From: an uncultured delta proteobacterium
GTDB lineage: Bacteria; Myxococcota; Kuafuiibacteriia; Kuafuiibacteriales; Kuafuiibacteriaceae
Direction: 5' to 3'
Assembly (NCBI GenBank): GCA_963803435.1
Contig: CAWDML010000001.1
Span: forward strand, 1,056,001 to 1,120,000
DNA length: 64,000 bases
Part shown: piece by piece, positions 20,416 through 29,836 of the stretch
Numbering within the stretch: the stretch's first letter is position 1
How the letters are laid out: each line of letters starts with the position of its first letter
Translations under genes and position numbers: made by a program
The notes under the pieces: generated by a model
Database searches by the model: none
What the model was told of the DNA's origin: nothing
Seen by the model: only the letters and a program-made list of their open reading frames with translations

Positions 20416-20718
20416 ATGGCTCTTCACGCGTTGCTCGTTGCGTATCTTCCAAACGTCAGAGACTCAGCTCGCGGGCTGTTCAATTCCGCCATGCTCGGGG
20501 AGGGCTGGCGGCAATACAGCATTCCGTTCACCTGGACCAAGGATTTTCCGGACGATGCTGTCGCTGGGTCCGTACAGCAACTTGAGACTCAGATCCTGTC
20601 GCAGTTACATGCTGCGCTTGCTGCGGCGGGCTCCCCCACATACACCGCCCTCCTTCAGCTTGGTGGCGAACCGGCGGTCGCCGACCCGCCGGGCTGGGAC
20701 CGGTTGCCGGGGGCGTGA
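20416..20718 (+). CDS. Hypothetical protein
   Basis: ggag RBS and ATG; 100-aa protein-like composition. Confidence 0.4.
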   Translation: MALHALLVAYLPNVRDSARGLFNSAMLGEGWRQYSIPFTWTKDFPDDAVAGSVQQLETQILSQLHAALAAAGSPTYTALLQLGGEPAVADPPGWDRLPGA

Positions 20719-20997
20719 CGAGTGGATGCGCACCGCGGAAGGGGGACCACTCCCTAAAGGGCCAGCATGCCGCCGAGCTCGTGCAAACTCAACCACAGCC
20801 ATGTGCATCTTTAGGGACTCGATGTCGGCACCCACCACCCGACGTCCGGCGCCTGCTCCTTCTCCTCCAGCTCGACCACCGCGATTCTCCCGACCGCGAC
20901 AATCCCGCGCACCCGGGTGTGCTTGTCAGCGGGCGCTTCTGATTCCAGCCCTTCGACGCCGTCGCCCACCGCCAGCGGGAGCACGACGAGGAGAGTG

Positions 20998-21006
20998 TGC
21001 TAAAAT
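20998..21006 (+). promoter_or_regulatory. Extended -10 element (TGcTAAAAT), probable leaderless promoter
   Basis: TAAAAT at 21001-21006 preceded by TG, 6 nt before GTG 21013. Confidence 0.55.
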
Positions 21007-21012
21007 GCCGTC

Positions 21013-21219
21013 GTGAACGAGCGACGAAATTGGAGCGTGGCGCGCTTCCAATCGTTCGATGATGCCGATGCCTCCGACCGCGCCTTCTACAGGTCGCTGA
21101 CGCCCGAGCAACGGCTGGACATCCTTCTCGAGCTCATTCACCGCTATCAGGAGACAGCCGATGAAGCTGCAGAAGGATTTGCGCGAGTTCATCGAGTTGT
21201 TGAACTCACATCGGGTTGA
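21013..21219 (+). CDS. Small protein coupled to nucleotidyltransferase (putative TA partner)
   Basis: DRAFYRSLTPEQRL motif; overlaps the downstream gene. Confidence 0.7.
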   Translation: MNERRNWSVARFQSFDDADASDRAFYRSLTPEQRLDILLELIHRYQETADEAAEGFARVHRVVELTSG

Positions 21220-21616
21220 ATACCTGGTGGCGGGTGGTCATGCCGTCGCGTACCACGGCTATCCCCGCCTGACCGGCGACATCGACTTCTTCGTTCGGGC
21301 TTCGCGTGAGAATGCGGAGCGCATCGTCGCGGTCCTCGACGACTTCGGCTTTGAGAAGTTGGGTGTCAGTCCCGAGGATTCGATCGTTCCCGACCGCATC
21401 CTTCAACTCGGACGCGTGCCCAATCGGATCGACATTCTGACGTCCATCTCGGGTGTCACCTTCGAGGAAGCTTGGTCCTCTCGCATCGAGGGGGAGCTCG
21501 ACGACGTTCGCGTATCCTTCCTCGGGCGGGAGACGCTACTCAGGAACAAGAGGGCCAGCGGACGACCCAGAGATCTGGCGGATCTCGCCGAGCTCGACCC
21601 GGACGGAGAACGTTGA
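21161..21616 (+). CDS. Minimal nucleotidyltransferase (DUF6036-like)
   Basis: YLVAGGHAVAYHGYPRLTGDIDFF; NKRASGRPRDLADL. Confidence 0.85.
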   Translation: MKLQKDLREFIELLNSHRVEYLVAGGHAVAYHGYPRLTGDIDFFVRASRENAERIVAVLDDFGFEKLGVSPEDSIVPDRILQLGRVPNRIDILTSISGVTFEEAWSSRIEGELDDVRVSFLGRETLLRNKRASGRPRDLADLAELDPDGER

Positions 21617-21639
21617 GGAGCCGAAGGGCTCAACCCGAG

Positions 21640-21738
21640 TCCCACGAAAACGGAGGGTTCGCTCGGGTCATCGACCCGGACGGCGACAAGGTCGAGCTTT
21701 GGGAGCCCAAGGTCTGGGACGAGAAGAACAAGGGATGA
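21640..21738 (+). pseudogene. VOC/glyoxalase family C-terminal fragment
   Basis: NGGFARVIDPDGDKVELWEPK. Confidence 0.55.
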
Positions 21739-21763
21739 AGGGCGGCGGTGCGGACTCCGACCA

Positions 21764-22561
21764 TCAGAGCTGAAGCTCCTCCTCGGCCTCGGCCGTGTCC
21801 TCACTCGATCCAGAACTCGTCGATCAGCACGTACTGCGTCTCGAGCGTGACGCGGTCCGCGACGGGGTCCCGGACACTGAACCGGGACACGTATCGGTAG
21901 AGGCCCGGCTCGTCGGTCACCGGGAGACCTCGCGGACCGACGGAGAAGGCTCGACCCGGCGCGAGGCGTCTCGGGTGCCGCAGAATCCCTCCACGAGAAC
22001 CTCCCCGCCGGGGTCAGGTGCGGCCCACCCCAGCGCATCTTGGCCTGGGCCGACATCCAGCATCCATCGCGCCAGCTCTCGAGCTGGCCGTCGAAAGCGC
22101 CCGTGAGCGCGTCACCGCCCAGAGCGAAGTCCGCGAGGTTGGTGACTCGGTACCGCGCAGGGGAGACCTGCTCCAGGAGGACCGGCGGCTCGCGGTCCGA
22201 CTCCAACACCCAGTGATACGTGGGGAGGCCGTGGGTCGGGTCTGTCCAGCGGACGAATAGGGTCGCGGCTTCGTCGAGGGCGGGGAGATCGAACGTCAGG
22301 TCATCGACGAGCGCCGGGGCCGGGGTCGTGGCGAACACGCTCGCCGTCACGGGGCCGGCGACAGACAGCCACGGCGTCTCCAGATCGCATTCCCGTCGAG
22401 CGCAGACGGCGCGAGCGACCCCGCGGCGCACCTCGAATCTCGAGCCCCGGGACGTCGGCGACGATATGCAGCGCGTAATCGGGACGCGAATCGACCAGCC
22501 GATCCTCGCCGCCGCATGCCGCGAGGGCGAGGGCGAGGCTGATGATCCCGACGCTCCGCAC
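21764..22561 (-). pseudogene. Degenerate lipoprotein (multiple frameshifts)
   Basis: Lipobox LAAC in one frame; protein-like continuation in other frames; ends approximate. Confidence 0.35.
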
Positions 22562-22999
22562 GTCCGTCCTCCCCCAGTCTCCCCTGATCGGCGGCCGTTC
22601 CGCCACCCTACGATTCCTGGGCGGTCAGCCGAGCCCGAGACGCGCGTCCCGACCCGCGCCATGCCGTCGATCTGCACGCTTTCTCCGCCCATCAAGCTCG
22701 GGCCTCGTCCACGTGGCGCAGCAATGGTCCGTCTCTGCAGCCGCCGATCGACGCGATCGTCCGTGTGACCTCAGCACGGAGATCGAGAAAGCCGAAGCCG
22801 TGAGCCCGCACCTCTCAGCCCGAGGGTGCCACCGGTGGCGCCTTCCCCTCCGCGATGGTGCCAACTTGGCACCGTCATCTCCAACTCGGCCTTCGGCCTT
22901 CGTTGGAGCCTGTGGCGGTAACCGCTTCGCAGAATTCGCTCCTGATCTGATCAGTCCGTCGTTGTCGTTGTCGGGCACCCACGACCCACGTTCTCTCGC

Positions 23000-23263
23000 C
23001 CCGGTGGTTTCAAAGCCGTGCCTCGATTCCGTCGTCTTCCGGAGCCGGCGCTTGCGGCGAGCCACGAGGTTCCTCGACCCTGGCTGGGTTCGCAGCTCCG
23101 CATGAACGCGCGGACTCCCATGGCGACCGCGGGTCGCCTTGAAGACCTCGTCGATCTTCTGCCCGAGCTCGGCGTCCTCACGACTCCCCTCGGACGGCTC
23201 CCGTTTGCGCCAGGCGTAGAAGCCGGACCTCAATACGCCGAGCACCTTGCACATTCGCTGCAC
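23000..23263 (-). mobile_element. IS3-family transposase OrfB N-terminal remnant
   Basis: MCKVLGVLRSGFYAWRKR, IDEVFKATRGRHGSPRVHAEL, KTTESRH; no DDE core. Confidence 0.75.
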
Positions 23264-23276
23264 TGGGAATGGCTGA

Positions 23277-23957
23277 CTAGAACGGGAGCCCGAGCGCCTC
23301 GGCGACGAATCTATTCAATGGAGTCGCCGAGCGGCAGAGCTGGGCGAAGTACGACAGGAAGTCGGGCGAGCAGACCTGCTTCCTCGACAGCCTCGCGATG
23401 GCGATGAAGTCCTTGCGCTTGAGATCCTCAATCAACGGGTGGTCGGGGTCGACGCCCTTCGGGGTGCGGATCGCTGAGTCGCCGGAGAGCGCCCAGGGGT
23501 CGGCGACCTTCGCCTTCGTCCACTTCTTCGGGGTGGCCTGGATGGCGGCGCGGATCCGCTTCAGCGCGTCCGGATCGGGGCGCCAGATCCCGGAGCCGAC
23601 GAAGCTGCCGGTCGGGTCGAGGTGGAGGTAGAAGCCGGGGGCGTGGACGTCCTTGCCGCGGGCGTGCCGGAACTGGGCCGCCGCGTGGGTCTTGTACGGC
23701 GACTTGTCCTTGGAGAAGCGGACGTCGCGGTAGATCCGGAAGAACGAGCCGCCGGCCGGACGCGGGTCCGCCACCAGGTGGGCGGTGATCTTCGCCAGGT
23801 GGGGAGCGAAGTCGGCGATGAAGCGGAGAAACGGATCGCGGACCTCGCGGTGATAGCGAGGCTTGTTCTCCTCGAACCAGGCCCGGTCGTTGTTGACCGC
23901 GAGCTCGCCGAGGAACCGAAACAGCTTGGCGTCGAAATGCGCGCTCTTCTTGGCCAT
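23277..23957 (-). CDS. DUF2461 family protein
   Basis: NNDRAWF, FRIYRDVRFSKDKSPYKT, PGFYLHL, DLKRKDF. Confidence 0.9.
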   Translation of the reverse strand: MAKKSAHFDAKLFRFLGELAVNNDRAWFEENKPRYHREVRDPFLRFIADFAPHLAKITAHLVADPRPAGGSFFRIYRDVRFSKDKSPYKTHAAAQFRHARGKDVHAPGFYLHLDPTGSFVGSGIWRPDPDALKRIRAAIQATPKKWTKAKVADPWALSGDSAIRTPKGVDPDHPLIEDLKRKDFIAIARLSRKQVCSPDFLSYFAQLCRSATPLNRFVAEALGLPF

Positions 23958-23962
23958 CGTCT

Positions 23963-26269
23963 TCAGGGGAGCAGGAACAGGGTCTCGAGATCGGTCGGTG
24001 GGCCGATACAGACGTCGGTGCATCCCTTCGCAGGGTAGACGTAGCGGCCAGTGCCATCCTCGATGCCGCCGACCCAGACGAAGTCGGACGGATACGAGTT
24101 GTTCGGATCGTAGTTGAAGTGGATGTCCCCGTTCTCACCCACGGCGATCTGGAAGCTCACCGAGCCGAAGTCGCTCTGCATGTTCTGGTAGGCGACGTGG
24201 TGCACCTGACCGGAGACCGGGGCCGAGTCGGTCCAGGTCAGCACGCGCGAGCCCCCGCCAACGGCGAGGTCGGATCCCAACGCCGCGATCAGCGCGTTGG
24301 GAGCAAGCGGGGAGCCCAGACCGGCCTCCACGGTCAGATCGGGGAGCAGCGTCACGTAGCCGTTCACGTGCACCATCAGCCCGGCGTACCGCTGGCCGAA
24401 GAACTGGATGTCGGCCGGGATGATCGCGAAGCCCTCGTCGAGCGCGTCGCCGTCGACCAGGTAGGGCAGGAACGTCAGCGGCGTGGCACTGACCGGAATG
24501 GGCGGAGGATCGTTCGAGGAGGACTGGGTCTGGTAGTCGAAGCCCGGCTCGAGCCGGCAGGCCGAGTCACAGCCGTCGCCTTCATAAAGGTTGCCATCGT
24601 CGCAGGCCTCGACGACCTCGGTCGCACCGTCTCCACAGACGACGGGGGCCGGGTCGGCGGCGAGGACGTAGCTGGGACCGTTGCCACCGGCGAGATCGGG
24701 CATCCCGGTCATCGTGATCGTGTAGAGACCGACCCTCAGGGCGTCGAGCACGATGTTGGGACAGCCCTCCCCAAAGCCGGTGCTGAAGACCGAGCTGCCC
24801 TCGATCTCGACCGAGATGCGCGCGCCGTCCAGGTCCTTGCAGTCGCGGTCGGCGGGATCGAACACGCGAACGCGGAGGGCGTCGTTGTCGACCTGGATGC
24901 GGTAGACGTCGACGTCCTGGATCTGGATCGCCATCAGCGTTCCGAAGCGCGCGACCAGCGTCCCCCCCTGCGGCGAGGGGAGCGCGAGCGGGTTGGCGAT
25001 GTCCGGGGTGTCGTTCGGCTCGACCTCGTCGATCGTGGACCAGACCAGCTTCCGGGCGGTCGACGCCAGGCCGTTGCGCTCCGTCGCCAACCGGATCTCC
25101 TGCGTACCGTTGAGCTGGCGGATGAGCGATCCGGAGTTGCCGGGGAGCAGCTCCATCGCGCCGCCGATGAAGAGCCGGTTCATCAGGCCGCCGCGCGTGT
25201 TCCAGGAGATCGTGAGGTCCGCGGGCGCTCTGAACCACTCGGGCGCCACGGAGAATTCTCCGATCAGCGGCGGCGGCAGGTGGCTGGCGTCTGCGGAGAT
25301 CTCGATCGACTGCGTCTCGTTGCCACCTTGATCGGACGCGACCGCGACCAGGCGGTAGCGCTGCCGCAGGGCCGGCGCCACCAGCCAGCGCCCGGCGATC
25401 CGCGAGGTGCGATCCGTGACCGGCTGCGTGTAGAGCCGTTGGTTCGTGCCCTCCTCCTCGACGAAGACGACGGCGGCGCCCTTCGTCTCCCACTCCAGGC
25501 GGGCGGTGTCGCCCACCGCGACCATGCCTGGCGTCGCCGTCAGGGAGCAGATCATGCTCGGCTTGGCGGACACGACCTGAGACTCCGCAGAGAGGTCGCC
25601 GGCGGTGGCGAGCATCTTCAGGTCGGCGGGTCGCGAGAGCGGCAGCGTGGTGCGCGAGCTCGCCGACGCGCTGCTGAAGACCTCGGTTCCGTCCGCCTCC
25701 AGGCGGACCTCGAGCGTTCGCCCCTCCAGATCGCCCACCACCGTCCAGGCCACGTCGACGGCGTCGCAGGGTTGATCGGTCGAGCGCTCGACCGAGATCG
25801 AGACCGCGATCTCCCCCGGTGGCGGTGTATCGACCACCTCGATGCGCCGCATCTTCGAGTCCTCGCGGAGATCGTCGTCGCGTCCCGCAAGCACGAAGTC
25901 GGTCGTCTCGGTCACGTCGATCGCGAGGGTTCCGGCGTGCTCGCCGAGCGGACCGGGCGCAGGGGAAAGGACCACGACGCTCGCGTTCGTGACCACATAG
26001 TCGAAGTGCACCGTCGGATCCTCGGGGGTCACCACGATCCGGTCCGGCTGAAAGAGCCGGATCTTCGGGCCCTCCTCCGCGCTTCGCGGGAGGCAGACCT
26101 GATCGATGCACGCCTCGGCGTACGTGCAGTCGGCCTCCGCCACACAGATCGATCGACAGACGCCGTCCACGTTCGCGGTACCGGCGGGACACTGGGCGAG
26201 CGGAACGTCCTTCTTGCACGCCGCCAGCGCCAGCAGCGCCGGGATCAACGCCAGCCTTCCTCTCTTCAC
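23963..26269 (-). CDS. DUF4215 (Myxococcus Cys-rich repeat) surface lipoprotein with Ig-like and PPC-like domains
   Basis: Lipobox LAAC; EVEPND; CGDG..EACDDGN...DGCDSAC; GTGA overlap with upstream gene. Confidence 0.8.
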   Translation of the reverse strand: MKRGRLALIPALLALAACKKDVPLAQCPAGTANVDGVCRSICVAEADCTYAEACIDQVCLPRSAEEGPKIRLFQPDRIVVTPEDPTVHFDYVVTNASVVVLSPAPGPLGEHAGTLAIDVTETTDFVLAGRDDDLREDSKMRRIEVVDTPPPGEIAVSISVERSTDQPCDAVDVAWTVVGDLEGRTLEVRLEADGTEVFSSASASSRTTLPLSRPADLKMLATAGDLSAESQVVSAKPSMICSLTATPGMVAVGDTARLEWETKGAAVVFVEEEGTNQRLYTQPVTDRTSRIAGRWLVAPALRQRYRLVAVASDQGGNETQSIEISADASHLPPPLIGEFSVAPEWFRAPADLTISWNTRGGLMNRLFIGGAMELLPGNSGSLIRQLNGTQEIRLATERNGLASTARKLVWSTIDEVEPNDTPDIANPLALPSPQGGTLVARFGTLMAIQIQDVDVYRIQVDNDALRVRVFDPADRDCKDLDGARISVEIEGSSVFSTGFGEGCPNIVLDALRVGLYTITMTGMPDLAGGNGPSYVLAADPAPVVCGDGATEVVEACDDGNLYEGDGCDSACRLEPGFDYQTQSSSNDPPPIPVSATPLTFLPYLVDGDALDEGFAIIPADIQFFGQRYAGLMVHVNGYVTLLPDLTVEAGLGSPLAPNALIAALGSDLAVGGGSRVLTWTDSAPVSGQVHHVAYQNMQSDFGSVSFQIAVGENGDIHFNYDPNNSYPSDFVWVGGIEDGTGRYVYPAKGCTDVCIGPPTDLETLFLLP

Positions 26270-28593
26270 CGTATGCCTCCCGGTACCAGCTCGAAGCTGC
26301 GGCCTTCCAGGTCCGCGATGACCTCGCGGCCACATCGCGGATCGCAGGCCGGGAGATAGGTGGTGCGCGCGCCATGTCGATCTTGAAGGCCGGCCTCGAA
26401 CTCGACGCCAGGGCCGAGCCCGAAGAGGCGAGGATAGCCGATGCGAATCTTTCCATCCTTCTCGAGCGTCAAGCGCGCGGTCAGGCGGCTGGTCACGTCC
26501 CCCACCAGCACGAAGGCGTCATACTCGATCATCACGTCTCCGTTGTCGGTCCAGGTGTAGATCCCGCCGGTCGCCGCGGAGGCGCGGAGGTTCGCCCCCG
26601 CCACCGCGATCAGAGCGTTCGGCGCTCCTGGCGCCAGCGGGTCGACCGCGTCGAACCGGCTCGCGATCACGTCCGGCAAGAGCCCCACGAACCCGTTCGT
26701 GTGCACCACCGCCGCGTAGTAGGTCCGCTCGAAGTATGGGAACCCGCCAGGGAGCTCCACCAGACCGAAGCCTTCGTCGGTCGGCGACGCCCCGCCGCCC
26801 GAATAGCCGTGCAGGCTGATCTCGCGGGCATTCCCCGGCCGCGGATCGAGGCCTCCGACGGCGGCCTCCTCGATCTGGTAAAAGGTAGTGTCCTCCGGGA
26901 CGCAGTCCCCGCTGCAACCGTCGCCGTTCGCGCGATTGCCGTCATCGCACAGCTCGATCTCGGCGACCTCACCGTCGCCGCAGATCGGATCCAGGATCTC
27001 GGCCGCCAGCCGATAGTCGATCGTGAACGTGACGTCGCCGAGCGTCCACTCCACCCGGGCGAAGACCGGGCCGGCGGTCTGCGGGTGGAAGCTGAGCCGC
27101 GGGCAGTCGCCGTTCGCCTGCGACTGGACGCTGGCCGAGAAGCCTCCGGCGTCGATGAGCGTCAGCGCGAGCCCCGCCATACACTTCCCGTAGAGGGCCG
27201 CTTGCACCGACTGGCCGGGCCCGGCGATGCCGACCTCGAACACGTCGGCGTCGAGAAGGCCGACCGTGCCGCCCACGGCCGAATCATCGAGCGGCTGCGC
27301 GCTCGCGACATCGTCGTTCGGCTCGATCTCCTGGAGGGTGGCGAAGATCGACCCGCGCGCCTCGGCGACTCCGGCCGGGCTCTCCGCGCGCAGGAGCGCC
27401 TTCAGCGTCGCGCTCGCTTGCGGGCGCACCTCCTGACCCTGGAACGCCACGTCTCCGACCGGTCGATCGGCCCAGTTGAAGACGGCGCTGGTCGCGAACG
27501 GATCCGGCGCGTCGATCATCCACGAGACACCGATGGACATCCCGGTGCCGTTCGAGTCGATGAACGGTGGATGGTCGAAGCGAGTGATCTCCGGCGGCTG
27601 CGAGGAGCTGAACGCAACCGGCACCTCGGTCGACATCACCTTCTGACCCATCGCACCGGTCGCCACCAGCGAGACGACGTGTTGCCCAGCCGGCACGATC
27701 AGCGGGAACGAAGCGGCGTCGACGTCATAGGGAGAGGCGGTGGTGAAGAGATCGGTCCCGTCGAGCACGAGCGTGGCGGAGACGGCGTTCCGGGTCTGCC
27801 AGCTCACCGCCGCCGGATAGTCGTGCGGCGATGGATCGAGGCCCTTCACGCCGAACGCGACAATCTCGGGATCGACCGCGGCCACCACCTGGACCTCGGC
27901 CCGCGCCAGCAGGTCGCCCGACGACAGCACGAATGCGGTCGTCGCCTCGACCCTCTGCTCGAGGGTTCCGTCGGGCGGCGCGTCCGCCGCGAGCGTCTGA
28001 CCGTCCTCGATCCCGATCTTGATCGGTGCGTTGGCGTTCTTCACGCTCCAGGAGAGCGTGACGGTCGCGCCGGCCGACACCCGGGCCGGCGACGCCGAGA
28101 ACATCTCGATCCGCGGCGTCCCATCGTCGAGCTCGATCGCCCGCGTGTGCGGTTGATCGACGCCTCCGCGCGTCGCCACCAGCCGCACGATTCCGTTCCG
28201 CGTCACCGCGTCGACCACGCGGGTCCCGAACAGCTCGCTGTCGCTGTCGACCAGGACCTGGACGTCGCCGTCGCTCCACTCCACCTGGAGGCGGAGGTGG
28301 TCGGCGGAGACCACGCCGTAGTCGATCGTCACCGGCTCGCCCGACGAAACGGGCGTGGGCGCGACCTCGAAGCGCTTGACCTTCGGGGTGTCCGTCATCG
28401 GCTCGGGGATACAGACGCTGGGATTGGCGCCGCAGAGCTCGGAGAGCAGGCAGTCACCGTCGTTGTTGCAGGTCTGGCGGCAGACCCCCTGGACCTGGGT
28501 CGTGCCGGGGCTGCAGACGCCGGGGCCGGGCTCTGCCGAGTGGCACCCGAACAGGAGGGCGAGCAGCGTCAGCCGGCGTCGAGAAGACCACAT
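26266..28593 (-). CDS. Paralogous DUF4215 surface lipoprotein
   Basis: Lipobox LFGC; EIEPND; CGDGEVAEIELCDDGNRANGDGCSGDC; same domain order as neighbour. Confidence 0.8.
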   Translation of the reverse strand: MWSSRRRLTLLALLFGCHSAEPGPGVCSPGTTQVQGVCRQTCNNDGDCLLSELCGANPSVCIPEPMTDTPKVKRFEVAPTPVSSGEPVTIDYGVVSADHLRLQVEWSDGDVQVLVDSDSELFGTRVVDAVTRNGIVRLVATRGGVDQPHTRAIELDDGTPRIEMFSASPARVSAGATVTLSWSVKNANAPIKIGIEDGQTLAADAPPDGTLEQRVEATTAFVLSSGDLLARAEVQVVAAVDPEIVAFGVKGLDPSPHDYPAAVSWQTRNAVSATLVLDGTDLFTTASPYDVDAASFPLIVPAGQHVVSLVATGAMGQKVMSTEVPVAFSSSQPPEITRFDHPPFIDSNGTGMSIGVSWMIDAPDPFATSAVFNWADRPVGDVAFQGQEVRPQASATLKALLRAESPAGVAEARGSIFATLQEIEPNDDVASAQPLDDSAVGGTVGLLDADVFEVGIAGPGQSVQAALYGKCMAGLALTLIDAGGFSASVQSQANGDCPRLSFHPQTAGPVFARVEWTLGDVTFTIDYRLAAEILDPICGDGEVAEIELCDDGNRANGDGCSGDCVPEDTTFYQIEEAAVGGLDPRPGNAREISLHGYSGGGASPTDEGFGLVELPGGFPYFERTYYAAVVHTNGFVGLLPDVIASRFDAVDPLAPGAPNALIAVAGANLRASAATGGIYTWTDNGDVMIEYDAFVLVGDVTSRLTARLTLEKDGKIRIGYPRLFGLGPGVEFEAGLQDRHGARTTYLPACDPRCGREVIADLEGRSFELVPGGIR

Positions 28594-28649
28594 CCGCACA
28601 CGGATCTTGCCATCTTTGAGGGGCCCCACCCAACCTCTACGGGCTTCCG

Positions 28650-29129
28650 TCAGGACTTGGTCGATCGCTCGATCTCGGCGGCGCGCTTCACGGCGTCGAA
28701 GATCTTCGTGTAGCCGGTACAACGACAAAGGTTTCCGGACAGGGCCAGCCGCGTCTCTTCCAGGCTGGGATCCGGGTGGTCGTTCAGGAGCGCGCGGGCC
28801 GAGATCATCATCCCGCTCTGACAGAACCCGCACTGGAGCGCGCCGCACTCGTCGAAGGCGTCCTGCACGGGATCGAGTCGCCCGCCCCGGGCCAGGCCCT
28901 CGATGGTGGTCACCTCGTGTCCGCGCGCGGCGACGGCGAGCATCAGGCACGAGAGCTTGGCCTCACCGTCGACCAGGACCGTGCACGCGCCGCAGTCGCC
29001 CTTGTCGCAGCCCTGCTTGCTGCCGGTCAGCCCCACCTCGTAGCGGAGCGCCTCCAGCAAGGTCCAGTGCGCAGGCACCGCGACCTCGTACGCGTCTGAG
29101 TTGATCGAGAGCGGGAGGACGACCTTCAC
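28650..29129 (-). CDS. (2Fe-2S)-binding subunit, CoxS/xanthine-dehydrogenase small-subunit family
   Basis: GCDKGDCGACTV, QCGFCQSG, GNLCRCTGY. Confidence 0.92.
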   Translation of the reverse strand: MKVVLPLSINSDAYEVAVPAHWTLLEALRYEVGLTGSKQGCDKGDCGACTVLVDGEAKLSCLMLAVAARGHEVTTIEGLARGGRLDPVQDAFDECGALQCGFCQSGMMISARALLNDHPDPSLEETRLALSGNLCRCTGYTKIFDAVKRAAEIERSTKS

Positions 29130-29341
29130 GACGCGAGGCTCCGCGGGATGGCCTCCGCCTTCGGCTCACCCTCACCGCCTTCCGGCGCAGGCTCGGCGAC
29201 GGCTGGCGGGGGCTCCGGATCCCGCTCGACGACCAGGCGGTAGCGCGACCCGGGCACGCCGCACGTCGGGCAGTGCTTCGGCGGATGATCCTCCGCGATC
29301 GTCTTGCAGATGATGCAGCTCCAGATGAGTCGGGCCGCCAC
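29126..29341 (-). CDS. Rubredoxin-like small protein
   Basis: WSCIIC...CPTCG; stop overlaps the CoxS start. Confidence 0.7.
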   Translation of the reverse strand: MAARLIWSCIICKTIAEDHPPKHCPTCGVPGSRYRLVVERDPEPPPAVAEPAPEGGEGEPKAEAIPRSLAS

Positions 29342-29398
29342 GATGATCGGTCACTACACGATGCGGGCCTTGGCCTCAATGGCCGAAAGCGGCCGGGC

Positions 29399-29827
29399 TC
29401 AGCGGGACGGGATCGACCCTTCGATCTGCTTGCGCAGGTCCTCCGACGAGGCCGTGCGCACCAATCCGCAGATGTCCTGGGCCTTCTTCGACTGCATGTA
29501 CGAGTCCATGAACCGGACGCAGCCCTTCGGATCCAGCTTGGCCAGGATCCGCGCGCCGATCATCGCCGCCTCCACGCGCGCTGCCTGCTTGTTGCCGGAG
29601 CCCTCCAGCTTGCAGGCCGGATCGAACGCGCCGGTCCACGCCTGCGCGATCAGCTCCTCGTCGTCGAGGGTCTTCGGCTGATTGCCGTCGGGGCCTGCCT
29701 TACGGTTCTGGGTGAGGAAGCTGCGCACGGCGCGAGCCCAGGCATCCTGACAGCTATCCCCCTTCGGTCGCGCGGTCGCGATCGAGGCGATCGACACGAG
29801 CGCGAGCAGCAGGAACGTCTTCTTCAC
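29399..29827 (-). CDS. Secreted hypothetical protein
   Basis: Signal peptide MKKTFLLLALVSIASIATA; four Cys. Confidence 0.7.
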   Translation of the reverse strand: MKKTFLLLALVSIASIATARPKGDSCQDAWARAVRSFLTQNRKAGPDGNQPKTLDDEELIAQAWTGAFDPACKLEGSGNKQAARVEAAMIGARILAKLDPKGCVRFMDSYMQSKKAQDICGLVRTASSEDLRKQIEGSIPSR

Positions 29828-29836
29828 GCTCCCTGC

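Noticed and set aside
20740-20950. Possible IS110 N-terminal fragment (VGADIESLKMHMAVV) on the minus strand
   Set aside because: Too short and degenerate; no further DEDD motifs
28594-28950. Fusion of CoxS with the DUF4215 lipoprotein
   Set aside because: Different frames; CoxS has its own stop at 28650 and the lipoprotein has its own signal peptide from 28593
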